Assembly (NCBI GenBank): GCA_035438745.1
Contig: DAORIX010000002.1
Span: 1,830-65,829 of the forward strand
Direction of reading: 5' to 3'
Origin: Minisyncoccota bacterium
GTDB taxonomy: Bacteria; Patescibacteriota; Minisyncoccia; Phycocordibacterales; UBA6065
DNA length: 64,000 nt
Shown: positions 46,740 through 57,300 of the stretch, piece after piece
How positions within the stretch are numbered: position 1 is the first letter of the stretch
Layout of the letters: each line of letters starts with the position of its first letter
The notes under the pieces: model-generated
Told to the model about the DNA's origin: nothing
Database searches by the model: none
The model's input: only the letters and a program-made list of their open reading frames with translations
Translations under genes and position numbers: made by a program

Positions 46740-48740
46740 ATGAAAAAATTACTTTTTGTAACATTACTTTTTGTTGCGCCACTCATTACACTCGCTGATG
46801 AAGCAACATCAACTGCAACCACGACGCCAGAAACCACTGTAGAAGAAACTATTGTAGTAAACCTCAACATCAGACATACCAACACGGTTATTTTTTCAGA
46901 ACCAATCACCGTACCAAAGAATAAAACAATAGGAACACTGGATAATACCGGCGCGAGCCATACCGTACTCAGCGATAGTGTTCTCGGAGCACTCGTGCGT
47001 GCAGACAGTGATAGTGAGTTGTTCCGTATTTCAGACCTCGCCCACTACAGCTCTTTTGATTCGTTTATCATAAACTGTATCGAAGCAAATACTTCAAACT
47101 TCTGCTACAACTGGCAATATGTAGTAAACAATACCTATCCCTATGTCGGTATAGACGATTACATTCTTTCTCAGGGCGACACGATATATCTCTACTTTGG
47201 ATCGCCTCGAAAATTTTCCTTTACCGCTACGACCACAGACACACAAACACCTTTTGATGTTCTTGTAGAAACATATGATTACGAAAACGACGCATGGAAT
47301 CCTCTAGAAAATGCTCGCGTAGGTGCAACACAGCCAAATCCAAGCGACCCCTACTCACCCCTCGTACCATTTTCATCAATGAGCAATACGCTAGGTATTG
47401 CGTCTCTACTCGTATCAACTCCTGGAACATTTGATATTGGACTAGAGCTTGATTATTACTACCCTACGCAACCTATTGTCGTTATCGAGGCTCTTTCTAC
47501 CACAACAAGTACAAGTACTCCTCCTGAAAATACTCAATCAAATAATTCATCTTCACGCAGAGAAGAATCACAGACAACAGAACCTCAGAAAAACTTTGAT
47601 TTGGAAAAAGCCCTCTCGTTCATACTCTCATACCAAAATGAACAAGGCGTATTCGCCAACGACCTCTACACCGACTGGGCACTTCTCGCGCTCATAGCGG
47701 GAGACGCATCTGGAAATGCCATCAGTAAAACCAAAAAATACATCACCGAAAATCCGACAACAGGATCATATCTCCTTGATTATGAGAGACGCGCTCTTTC
47801 CCTCATGAGCGCAGGTATAAACCCCTACACAGGTAGCTCTCAAAATTACATAGAGTACATACTAAAAACGTTTGACGGCACACAGTTTGGTAACAGCGAC
47901 CTCTTTAATGACGATATTTTTGCACTCATACCCCTCCTCAAAGCGGGATACGGGGCACAGGATTCAGAAATACAAAAAGCGGTTACGTTTATCATCTCCA
48001 AACAAGATAGTAACGGATCATGGCTCGGTGTAGACCTCACCAGTGCAAGTATTCAGGCCCTCATGCCCGTACGATCCCTCAGTGGAGTCGAAGAGGCGCT
48101 TCAGAAAGCAAAGAGCTATCTCAAAAACGCGCAAGGATCTGACGGCGGGTTCGGAAATAGTTTTGCTACAAGCTGGGCAATTCAAGCAATACATGCTCTC
48201 GGAGAAAATCCACAGACATGGACAAAAAATAACAAAAGCCCTCTCGACTATCTTGCGAACACACAAGACACTGACGGAGGTCTCGACAAAAGCCTCGATA
48301 CCAATTCTCGTCTATGGGCAACAAGCTATGCCATCACAGCCCAGAGCGGTAAAACATGGAATGCACTCATGGCAACATTCTCAAAAAACACCTCTCGAGA
48401 CGCCGGCTCTTCTCCGGTCGTTTCGGCGGGAGCAACTGGTACAACGACAGGGTTTGTACTTGGCACAAGTACAAACGCAGTTATTCAAACAGATCGAGAT
48501 ATGACACGAAAAATTGTTCTCGATTACATCTATGAACTCACAGGACTCACCGGAGACACGCTCATTCTACTCTATGAACCACAGACAGTCATTCCCGCGC
48601 CTAAAAAACAGACTGTATCTACTACAACAGAACAAGAAATACCAAACGATACGCTGCCGGCACGAACCTTTGAAGTGCCAACACCGCCACGGAACATAAA
48701 GGGTACGCTCAAAGACTTCCTCGATTCGATATTCAAATAA
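46740..48740 (+). CDS. Secreted protein with DUF4430-like domain plus prenyltransferase-repeat alpha-barrel (putative cobalamin binder)
   Basis: W.Y.VN..P.VG...Y.L..GD; repeated A..F/YL...Q..DGG/S motifs; D.T..A.QAL. Confidence 0.8.
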   Translation: MKKLLFVTLLFVAPLITLADEATSTATTTPETTVEETIVVNLNIRHTNTVIFSEPITVPKNKTIGTLDNTGASHTVLSDSVLGALVRADSDSELFRISDLAHYSSFDSFIINCIEANTSNFCYNWQYVVNNTYPYVGIDDYILSQGDTIYLYFGSPRKFSFTATTTDTQTPFDVLVETYDYENDAWNPLENARVGATQPNPSDPYSPLVPFSSMSNTLGIASLLVSTPGTFDIGLELDYYYPTQPIVVIEALSTTTSTSTPPENTQSNNSSSRREESQTTEPQKNFDLEKALSFILSYQNEQGVFANDLYTDWALLALIAGDASGNAISKTKKYITENPTTGSYLLDYERRALSLMSAGINPYTGSSQNYIEYILKTFDGTQFGNSDLFNDDIFALIPLLKAGYGAQDSEIQKAVTFIISKQDSNGSWLGVDLTSASIQALMPVRSLSGVEEALQKAKSYLKNAQGSDGGFGNSFATSWAIQAIHALGENPQTWTKNNKSPLDYLANTQDTDGGLDKSLDTNSRLWATSYAITAQSGKTWNALMATFSKNTSRDAGSSPVVSAGATGTTTGFVLGTSTNAVIQTDRDMTRKIVLDYIYELTGLTGDTLILLYEPQTVIPAPKKQTVSTTTEQEIPNDTLPARTFEVPTPPRNIKGTLKDFLDSIFK

Positions 48741-48764
48741 AAATAAGTTACAATAAACCCCACC

Positions 48765-49307
48765 ATGAAAACACGTACCAAAATAATTCTCGCACTACTC
48801 CTCATCGCTTTTGGCTTTGCAGGACGAATGCTTCCTCATGCATGGAACTTCACACCACTCATCGCTATTTCACTCTTTGCAGGAGCTTATCTCGGACGAC
48901 GTTATGTGATAGCAATACCTATCATCACCATGCTTCTCTCAGATATATTCCTCGGCTTTTATAATGTCGGAGTTATGCTCACGGTATACACAAGCATAAT
49001 TCTAGCGGGCTACATAGGAACATATCTCTCCTCACAAAAAAATCTCGAACGTCTCACTCTCGCAACGCTCTCCTCATCAACACTTTTCTTCCTTACAACT
49101 AACACAGCAGTGTGGGCTTTTGGAACTATGTACGAAAAAAGTATTACCGGCCTCCTCGCGTCATATACCGCAGGAATACCCTTTTTTAGAAATATGATTG
49201 TAGGAGATATGTGGTTTACCCTTGTTCTCTTTGGATCGTATGAATTGGCAGTACTTTTGTACAAAAGAATAAACACAAAGGAAACACCCGAAACTATTAA
49301 CTTGTAA
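48765..49307 (+). CDS. ECF S-component-like membrane protein (DUF6580-like), putative cobalamin transporter
   Basis: R.LPH.WNFTP..A..LF.GA, SD..LG, SS..FF..TN..VW, Y..GIPFF.N. Confidence 0.8.
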   Translation: MKTRTKIILALLLIAFGFAGRMLPHAWNFTPLIAISLFAGAYLGRRYVIAIPIITMLLSDIFLGFYNVGVMLTVYTSIILAGYIGTYLSSQKNLERLTLATLSSSTLFFLTTNTAVWAFGTMYEKSITGLLASYTAGIPFFRNMIVGDMWFTLVLFGSYELAVLLYKRINTKETPETINL

Positions 49308-49311
49308 CACG

Positions 49312-49353
49312 TAGAGACCAGAATCTAGAAGCTAAAAACTAGAATCTAAAACC
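49312..49353. repeat. Heptamer tandem repeat tract
   Basis: tagagac cagaatc tagaagc taaaaac tagaatc taaaacc. Confidence 0.6.
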
Positions 49354-49377
49354 TGACCCTTGAAAGCTTCCCATCAA

Positions 49378-51567
49378 CTACCTACCCAATCTATAGAGCT
49401 GTTTTGCTTCGTCGACAGAGAGCACTCTGTTATATACGCGAACTTCATCAATAGCTCCATCAAATGTTCGTGCAGTATCAGCACGATTACCTATAACCAA
49501 ATCGAGAGAAGCATCGGATCCGGCAGAATCAGTAGCGCCAGCAACAACAGTATGGTACGAAATTTCGACACCGTTCCTATAAATACGTGATCCTGAGTTG
49601 TTATAGCCGGTAGATCCATCCCATGTAACCATAAAATGTTGCCACTCGCCTATAGTAAAACTATTACTTGCACCGCAACGTCCCGCTCTCGCGGTAGCAG
49701 TAGAACCTACTTTTATAAAATATATAGCATTTGTAAGACTTGCTTCTCCAGCGAGACAACCAGCACCTGTAACTAAAGTAATCTGCCATTGGCCAGCAAC
49801 ACCAATATTTCCATTCTTTGCTACCACACGAGATTGATTACCCTCACCTGCAGAATTTGGTTTAATCCAAAAACTAACACTCATAGGAATGAGGTCGTCG
49901 AGAGAACTCGCTGAACCAGCATTCACAATATCGTCCACCGCATCAAAACGTAGTGCCTGACCTGATTTTCCTGGAACAGGAGATGTGGTGGTACTCATAC
50001 TTGTAATCACCGCGTTACTGTTACGACCAGAACGATCGTATGCGATATTATTCGCCCAACTGATGTCAGAACCATTAAATGACCAGTATCCCACGAGACC
50101 GTCAGTAAATCTATTTTGTTGTGATGAGTTAATAGCGGTCTGATTTTGATTGTAGAGTGCCTGTACTTCACTATCAGAAAGTGCCCTACTGTACACGCGC
50201 ACATCGTCTATTTTTCCAGGGAAAAATCGTCCTGGAGTACCACTGATATACGCTCCTCCAATAGCAGCATTGGCTGAAGAACTCTGTGCACCCACAGCTT
50301 TTACAGCACTTGCCACCAATACACCATCGACATATAACACCCAAGATGTCCCATTATAAAGTCCGACAACATGATGCCATGTGTTTATCGGAAAATTAAT
50401 ATTCCAAGAAGTACCGTAGTCGATCGAGGGACCGAAAGTCAGAACCTCCAACTTTGCGGGACTGCCACTATAGCGTAAAACGTATGCTTCTCGAGTACCA
50501 TCAAATCCCTTCTCCATAATTATACCGCAGTAGTTAGCGCAACCATTATTGTTCGATGGAAAAGAACTAAAATTGACCCACGCAGACAATGTTATTTGTC
50601 CCGTAATATTAAGCGCAGACGGATTACCGAGAGCGATAAAGTCATCTGTACCGTCAAAATCCAAAGCCTTGCCTTTCTTTCCTCCTACCCAATCAGTGTG
50701 TGGAGCCATGTTGGTGAGAGTTCCATGAAGGCTATTACCAGAAAAATCATGAGCGATAGTAGAAGTACCTTCGTCAAAAGACCAGTGTCCGACAAGTCCT
50801 CTGTTTGAAACAACCTTACGAGTCACCTGACCGTTTGAGTAGAGTGCCTGAATTTCATTGAGAGATAGAGCTCTGTTATAAATACGCACGTCGTCTATTT
50901 GAGCACTGACATACCCGTCATCACCAGTACCCACTCCAGCTCCGATAGCAACCGCTCCTCCGTTGTTCATACTTCCCATACTCGCACCCGACGTTGCAAC
51001 AAGAACTCCATCATAATAAAGGAGTGCATTAGAGCCGTTTGAAACACCGACAATGTGGACCCATTTGCCTGTTTGAGGAAAAGGTCCGATAGCCCACTGG
51101 TTTTCAGCACCTCCCTGCCTACCAAAACGCATACCAGTACCAACATGAGACCAAAAGGCATATGAGCCAGAAGCTTTCGACAAAAGATCGCCGTCATCCC
51201 ATACAGAATCTTTGACCCACATAGAAATAGTCACTGTGCTCGAAATGTTGAGCCGGCCTTGAGAATCAGTCACAGAAACATACTCATTTACACCATCAAA
51301 ATCGAGTGCCTTTCCCCTTTTACCGTTTATCCAGTCGGTTGCCTCCATGTTGTTGAGGTTTCCGTTTTGACCAAAACCAGAAAAATCATGAGCAATAGTC
51401 CCAGCACTTTCATCAAAAGACCAGTAACCCACAAGACCGAGGTTTGATGGCGGTTTAGAGAAAGTTCCAGCATGAAGAGGTAAAACCATCAACAAGTAAC
51501 TTGCCACAACAAAACCAAATACAAAGGTAAATCGAATTTTTTTGCTATGTAGTAGTGAGGAAAACAT
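49378..51567 (-). CDS. Secreted triple LamG/concanavalin-like domain protein
   Basis: Three GLVG.WSF...GK.GKALDFDG...W.H...IDDVR.YNRALS units. Confidence 0.9.
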   Translation of the reverse strand: MFSSLLHSKKIRFTFVFGFVVASYLLMVLPLHAGTFSKPPSNLGLVGYWSFDESAGTIAHDFSGFGQNGNLNNMEATDWINGKRGKALDFDGVNEYVSVTDSQGRLNISSTVTISMWVKDSVWDDGDLLSKASGSYAFWSHVGTGMRFGRQGGAENQWAIGPFPQTGKWVHIVGVSNGSNALLYYDGVLVATSGASMGSMNNGGAVAIGAGVGTGDDGYVSAQIDDVRIYNRALSLNEIQALYSNGQVTRKVVSNRGLVGHWSFDEGTSTIAHDFSGNSLHGTLTNMAPHTDWVGGKKGKALDFDGTDDFIALGNPSALNITGQITLSAWVNFSSFPSNNNGCANYCGIIMEKGFDGTREAYVLRYSGSPAKLEVLTFGPSIDYGTSWNINFPINTWHHVVGLYNGTSWVLYVDGVLVASAVKAVGAQSSSANAAIGGAYISGTPGRFFPGKIDDVRVYSRALSDSEVQALYNQNQTAINSSQQNRFTDGLVGYWSFNGSDISWANNIAYDRSGRNSNAVITSMSTTTSPVPGKSGQALRFDAVDDIVNAGSASSLDDLIPMSVSFWIKPNSAGEGNQSRVVAKNGNIGVAGQWQITLVTGAGCLAGEASLTNAIYFIKVGSTATARAGRCGASNSFTIGEWQHFMVTWDGSTGYNNSGSRIYRNGVEISYHTVVAGATDSAGSDASLDLVIGNRADTARTFDGAIDEVRVYNRVLSVDEAKQLYRLGR

Positions 51568-51613
51568 TTTTTAAAAAATAACTCTTTTCATTTTAACATG
51601 CCAACCTTTCAAA

Positions 51614-53746
51614 TTATTTTCTACCCATTCCGTATAACTTTTTTACTTCATCGGCAGACAGTGCTCTATCATAGATACGAAACTCATCCATATTTCCATC
51701 AAAACGACCAGTTCCACTTTGATGACCACCGATTAAAGGACGTATTGGAGTCAAACTAAGACTACCAGAATCAACCACGGAGCTTTGGAAAACACCGTTC
51801 CTATAAATAGAAAAAGTACTATTATAATTGCGAACAAACGCAATATGGGTCCACTCATTAAGAACAATATCCCCAATCGTACAAACAGCCCCTAAGCCAG
51901 TACTATTTTCATAACGCTTTTGCAAACAATACTTATTCCCTATTGGTTTAAGCGATATAAGTGAGTTACTAGTAGTCATGCGATCAAAAAAATAAGTACC
52001 TGAACCATCGGTCGAGAGACCGTTCGTATAAGCACGAGGCTTTAACCACACACTGTATGTAAAACTACCATTAGAATTTATACTCGGATTAGCGTTCACC
52101 TCAACAGAATCATCAACACCGTCAAAACTCAGAGCTTGGCCTGATGCGCCCGCTACTGGTGATGATGAGTTACTCATATTAACAATGGAAGCATTATTTC
52201 CTCTCCCTGAGCGATCATACGCTACGTTTGTAGGCCAATGTATATCAGGAGCATTAAATGACCAGTAGCCGACAAGACCGCTCGTCAGTTGATCTTTTTG
52301 TGGAGCATTAATTAATGTTTTATTTTGTTGATATAGTGCTCTTACTTCAGACGAAGAAAGTGTTCTATTATAAATACGTACATCATCAATATTTCCATCA
52401 AAAGATCTAGTCCCAGCGAATGCATCACCTCCTATCCTGAAAGAACCGTTAAGTGTTTGATTGTTGTGCGTGATGACGTTTTCAGCACTACGACATGAAT
52501 CACCAGTACATAAATACGCTGTTGCTTTTGTTGGTTCAATCGCCACTGCAACCAAAGACCATGTATCCAATGGTATTGAAAGCCCACTCGACCATCCATA
52601 TGTTGCAACATTATTATCGTTCCAAGTATATGTTAAGTCATTTGTAGCGTCTCGATAGTGTATACCAACTGACTGTGGATCATTTCTTAAATACAATATA
52701 CCTGTATAGGCTCCTGTTCTTACCCCTTTAACCCACGCAACAAAGGTTACTGTATTTGAAGTAATCCCAGAAACAGGAAATGAAACATAATCATTCGTAC
52801 CATCAAAGTCTAAAGCTTTTCCCTTCTTGCCTGCTACCCAGTCGGTGTTTGCGTCCATGTTGGTCATATTTCCATTGCGACCATTCCCTGAAAAATCATG
52901 AGCGATGGTGGATGTGCCCTCGTCAAAAGTGAAATGTGCAAGAATGCCCCTGTCGGATACTCCAGTTCGAATCGTCTGTCCCACAGTAGCAAGCGCCTTG
53001 ATTTCATCTCGAGTCAACGCCCTGTTGTAAATACGCACATCATCAATGGAGCCCGCAGTGAATTCAGAAGTACCTTGATATGAACCGAAATACGCGCCCG
53101 TTGATCCTGAGAAGACCGGAAGGTTTACATTGGGTGTATCTTTTTGGTTTGTAACAGACCCATCAACGTACACTTTGAAACCATTAGTTGTATTCTTCTC
53201 CCACGTCATAGCAATATGCCGCCACTTACCATCATGTACGTTACCGCCACCAATATTCACACCTGTGACTCCTCCGTCTGTAGAAACGAGAGCACGTGGT
53301 GCAAATGCCCCACTACTTGTCCAACCTAAAACAATATAAGCAGTACCATCTTGTAAGCGCACCATAGACTCAATATCAGAACCCTTAAACCAACCGGCTA
53401 TTGTTATTGCAGTATTACCAGAAACACGACTAGAAAGATTGGCGCTTGGTAACGCAACATAATCATCGACTCCATCAAAATCAAGAGCCTTACCTCTCTT
53501 GCCCGCTACCCAGTCAGTAGATGCATCCATGTTGGTCATAACACCGTTGAATCCATTCCCTGAAAAATCACGAACAATCGTAGAGACACCCTCATCAAAA
53601 GACCAGTGACCAATGAGCCCGAAGTTTGAAGGAGGTTTTGAAAAGGTGGCAGCATGAACAGGCAAAACCATTAACGAGTAACCTGTCACGACAAAACCAA
53701 ACAAAAGGGCAATTCGGATATTTTTAATGTTAAACAAAAAAGACAT
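51614..53746 (-). CDS. Secreted triple LamG domain protein (paralogue)
   Basis: Same architecture and near-identical N-terminal HA.TFSKPPSN.GL segment. Confidence 0.9.
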   Translation of the reverse strand: MSFLFNIKNIRIALLFGFVVTGYSLMVLPVHAATFSKPPSNFGLIGHWSFDEGVSTIVRDFSGNGFNGVMTNMDASTDWVAGKRGKALDFDGVDDYVALPSANLSSRVSGNTAITIAGWFKGSDIESMVRLQDGTAYIVLGWTSSGAFAPRALVSTDGGVTGVNIGGGNVHDGKWRHIAMTWEKNTTNGFKVYVDGSVTNQKDTPNVNLPVFSGSTGAYFGSYQGTSEFTAGSIDDVRIYNRALTRDEIKALATVGQTIRTGVSDRGILAHFTFDEGTSTIAHDFSGNGRNGNMTNMDANTDWVAGKKGKALDFDGTNDYVSFPVSGITSNTVTFVAWVKGVRTGAYTGILYLRNDPQSVGIHYRDATNDLTYTWNDNNVATYGWSSGLSIPLDTWSLVAVAIEPTKATAYLCTGDSCRSAENVITHNNQTLNGSFRIGGDAFAGTRSFDGNIDDVRIYNRTLSSSEVRALYQQNKTLINAPQKDQLTSGLVGYWSFNAPDIHWPTNVAYDRSGRGNNASIVNMSNSSSPVAGASGQALSFDGVDDSVEVNANPSINSNGSFTYSVWLKPRAYTNGLSTDGSGTYFFDRMTTSNSLISLKPIGNKYCLQKRYENSTGLGAVCTIGDIVLNEWTHIAFVRNYNSTFSIYRNGVFQSSVVDSGSLSLTPIRPLIGGHQSGTGRFDGNMDEFRIYDRALSADEVKKLYGMGRK

Positions 53747-53756
53747 TATGTTTTTA

Positions 53757-54314
53757 TTATTTCCACTCCATAGTAGCAAGCGCTTTATCCAAACCCTCTA
53801 CTCCTTCACGGGTCGATGAAAATTGGTACGCATATCCATCTTTTACAAACCACACTTCAAAAGTATCCCCGAGCGACTCGTGTCGAGAGACAAAAGAGAG
53901 CGCTTTAATTCCGCTAGGTAACGATACTGTTTCTGGACTCTTCATAACAATATCTGGTATATCATTTTGAATTCGGTTTGGAGTAAGCTCAATATTCGGC
54001 TCATCAAAAGGGGTGACGAAAATCTGAAAACCTGCTAGAGAGTCCCCTCCTCTACTCACTACAATAGAATCTCCTATTTCTTCCTCAATAAGACTTGGCG
54101 CGTATCCTTCTGGATACTCAAAAGAAAAAACAGGATCTGAGTGGCTATACTTTGAACCTGTAGCGGTTTGTGTTTTCGGAGCGTCCCCCACTTCTGGAGT
54201 TTTTACAGCAGTAGTGTCAAAAACAATACTTCTGTCTATTTTGAAGAAGAAAAAGTAAACAACAAAACCAACGATGAGCAAAAAAAGTATAAGGATGATA
54301 TTTTTCTTATGCAT
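53757..54314 (-). CDS. Anchored PsbP-like protein
   Basis: N-terminal TM, FSFEYP, FQIF..P, EVWF...G..YQ. Confidence 0.55.
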   Translation of the reverse strand: MHKKNIILILFLLIVGFVVYFFFFKIDRSIVFDTTAVKTPEVGDAPKTQTATGSKYSHSDPVFSFEYPEGYAPSLIEEEIGDSIVVSRGGDSLAGFQIFVTPFDEPNIELTPNRIQNDIPDIVMKSPETVSLPSGIKALSFVSRHESLGDTFEVWFVKDGYAYQFSSTREGVEGLDKALATMEWK

Positions 54315-54336
54315 GTTTTTTAATTTGAGTTAACTA

Positions 54337-57300
54337 TTAAGGGGTTTCAGGTGCTGGTTCTGGAGCAGGTTCAGGATCTGGGGTTGGAGCTGGCTCTGGA
54401 TCAGGTGTTGACTCCGGTGTCGGTTCTGGATCAGGAGTAGGTGTTGGTTCAGGGGTCGGAGTAGGTTCAGGATCTGGGGTTGGAGCTGGCTCTGGATCAG
54501 GTGTTGACTCCGGTGTCGGTTCTGGATCAGGAGTAGGTGTTGGTTCAGGGGTCGGAGTAGGTTCAGGATCTGGGGTTGGAATTATTGGACTTGTTGTTGT
54601 CGCTCCACACTCTCCTGCCTCAGACTGCATCACACCGTTTGCGATAAACATACAAACAGATTCGCCTGTAATACGATCGGTCACCGTGATACCCGCAGTA
54701 CTCCTGTCATCAGGAACAATCTTGAGAGATTTCGCGGTAACAGCATTCGCCACAAGATTGTTTACCGTTATTGTTTCTGCGAATATGTCGGTAAAGCGCG
54801 CAATCGTATTTTCAAACACTACACCAATCTGAGTAAACCACTCTGAAACTATTGAAATAGTTGTCGATGCTGTTGTTGAAGCAGTAGTTGTTCCTGAGAG
54901 AGCCTCGAATGTCGATGTTGCAGTTGTTGAAGACATTATAGAAGCGAGGAGATTTGCTGTGGCGTCGAGGCGAGCTTCGAGTGTTGTTACGCGATCAGAC
55001 AAAGCATCGATTACACGAACCTGTTCCTGAACACCAGCGAGGATGTAGGTAGAAAGTTTATAAATATCTACACCCTTACCTCCAGGAGCGAGAACTTCGA
55101 GTGGAGCCTCTTCTGCAATGAGACCGAGGCGAAGAGGTTCTGAACCTGACTCAGTGTTGTAGTGATACGTTGCAACTCCAATATTTCGAATGGTATCCAA
55201 GACAGAAGCTTTCTCTTCTTGTGACAAGTACGTAATATCTTTCTTTGCATCTCGTGTTGAAACATTTACAAACGATGTCGCCGCAACATCACCATCTACA
55301 TAGAGTTTGTATGCTGCCGAAGTAGTACCGAATCCTGCATGACCATTCGCGTCAATCACAAAGACCTCGTCACCTTCATTGTCCTTGAGAATAAGTTTTT
55401 GAAGTACAGAAGGATTGAGATCGCCTTCAGTAAACGCAAAGCTGTTTGCGAACACCAAGTCGCCCGTATAGGTATTTCCTGTTGTACGGAGATTTCCCTT
55501 GACCCATAGGTTTGAAGAGTACGTTGATGTTGAGTTTGCGCCAGTACCCAAGACATCGAGATAACCAAAGATTGTTGATGTAGCGCTTGTTGATGTTGCG
55601 GTGAACTTTTCTGCAACAACAGCACCTGCAACTGACAACTTTGCATATGGAGATGATGTTCCAATACCTACAGCGGTATTTTTTATACCTCCCGCACCGT
55701 TTGATTCAGCGTACACAGTAAGAAGTGGATCGCCGTTGATAGCTGCGGTGTAGCTCTGCTTTGTACCATCTGCTGACGCTGACGTTACTGGCATATCTGT
55801 CCATGTCACAATACCTGCATCAGAATCAAATGTTGTGATACCCAACTGAAGGTTATCGATGTTCGTTACTCCTGATGAGAAGTCATAACGAAGAGATCCG
55901 TTACCCACATTGAATCCTCCAGCAAATGTTGAAGTAGCTGTTGTTGATGTTGCAGTGAACTTTTCTGCAACTACCTCACCTACAACTGACAACTTTGCGT
56001 ATGGAGATGTCGTACCGATACCAACGTTTCCGTTACCCGAAACGATGAAGAGTGTTGATGTCGCAAGGTTGGTTGATGATGTTGCAATGACAAAGAGAGG
56101 AGTAGCTACCGCTCCATTATGTGAACCAACAGAAAGCTTTGCGTATGGTGATGTGGTACCTACGCCAACTGTTCCAGCGACAAGTGTTCCAACAGAACTT
56201 CCTTTTGTACCGGCACCAACAAATAATTTGCCAGCCTCTCCTCGAGAAATACCTATATCTTTTGTTGACCACCACTGATCATTACCCCAACCAACAATTG
56301 CCTGATATCCCAAATTGACTCCTCGAGGATAGTTAGCGGACTCAGTACTACTATCAACGAGCATCGCTGTCTGATCATCTAGCGTACCCAAGTTAGAAGA
56401 ACCAATAAGACCATCCTCACGAATAAAGGCAACTTGTACTCCTGATGAGTTATTGATACGGAGGACAGGATTAGCAGTACCTCCTCCCACGTTACCTGCT
56501 GCTCCCTGAATAGTCACACGAGTATTTGTTGTACCTCTAAAGAAAGCAGTAGCCGCAGTAGCAGAACTCAACACTGAGAACGTATTAAACGGAGTTGTAG
56601 TTCCTACTCCCACATTTCCAAATCGATCAACAATAAACACTGTGCTTGTGGCAGTACCTGCTGTTGAAGATGCGATAACAAAGAAAGGAGAGACAGGATT
56701 TGTTGTAGTAGAAACAGAGAGTATTCCCCATGGAGACGTGGTACCGAGACCCATTCTGTATGCAGAGTTGGTGTAGATAGAGAGAGCATCTAGAGTAGAT
56801 GTTGCCCACTTTGAATTTGCACTACCTCCGCCTCCCGCACCGCCGTCATCATCAGAACAAACAACTTGTCCCAAAGCATTTGTAGTGAGGGCTCCACCGT
56901 TGGTGTTTCCTGTACAGTTAAGTCCTGTTATAACAAGGGCAGTGGTTGATGCAGTACCTGTGGCAGTGAGGTTACCTCCGATGTATGCATTGCCGGCTAC
57001 AGAAAGACGGGTGAATGGCGTAGATGTACCAATACCAATTCTGCCACCTTGCACAATCCTCATTGCTTCAGATTGCGCAGGAGAAAATGCAATAAAGTTT
57101 GCTGTTCCGCCTGTGTAATTAGTCGTAACGTTAAGATAATTGTCTCCGCTATTATTAAAGAGAAGCTGAGCGTTTTGACTCGTTGCACCACTGCCGAGCT
57201 GCAAGAGGCCGTTTGTAGAATAGATACCTGTGTCCACACCAAGTGATCCAGAAACACTAAGATTTCCTGTTGTTGTCGCACCACCAGAAATAGTGAGACC

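Noticed and set aside
46740-48740. Squalene-hopene cyclase / prenyltransferase enzyme
   Set aside because: Secreted, lacks DxDD motif; riboswitch and DUF4430 context favour cobalamin binding
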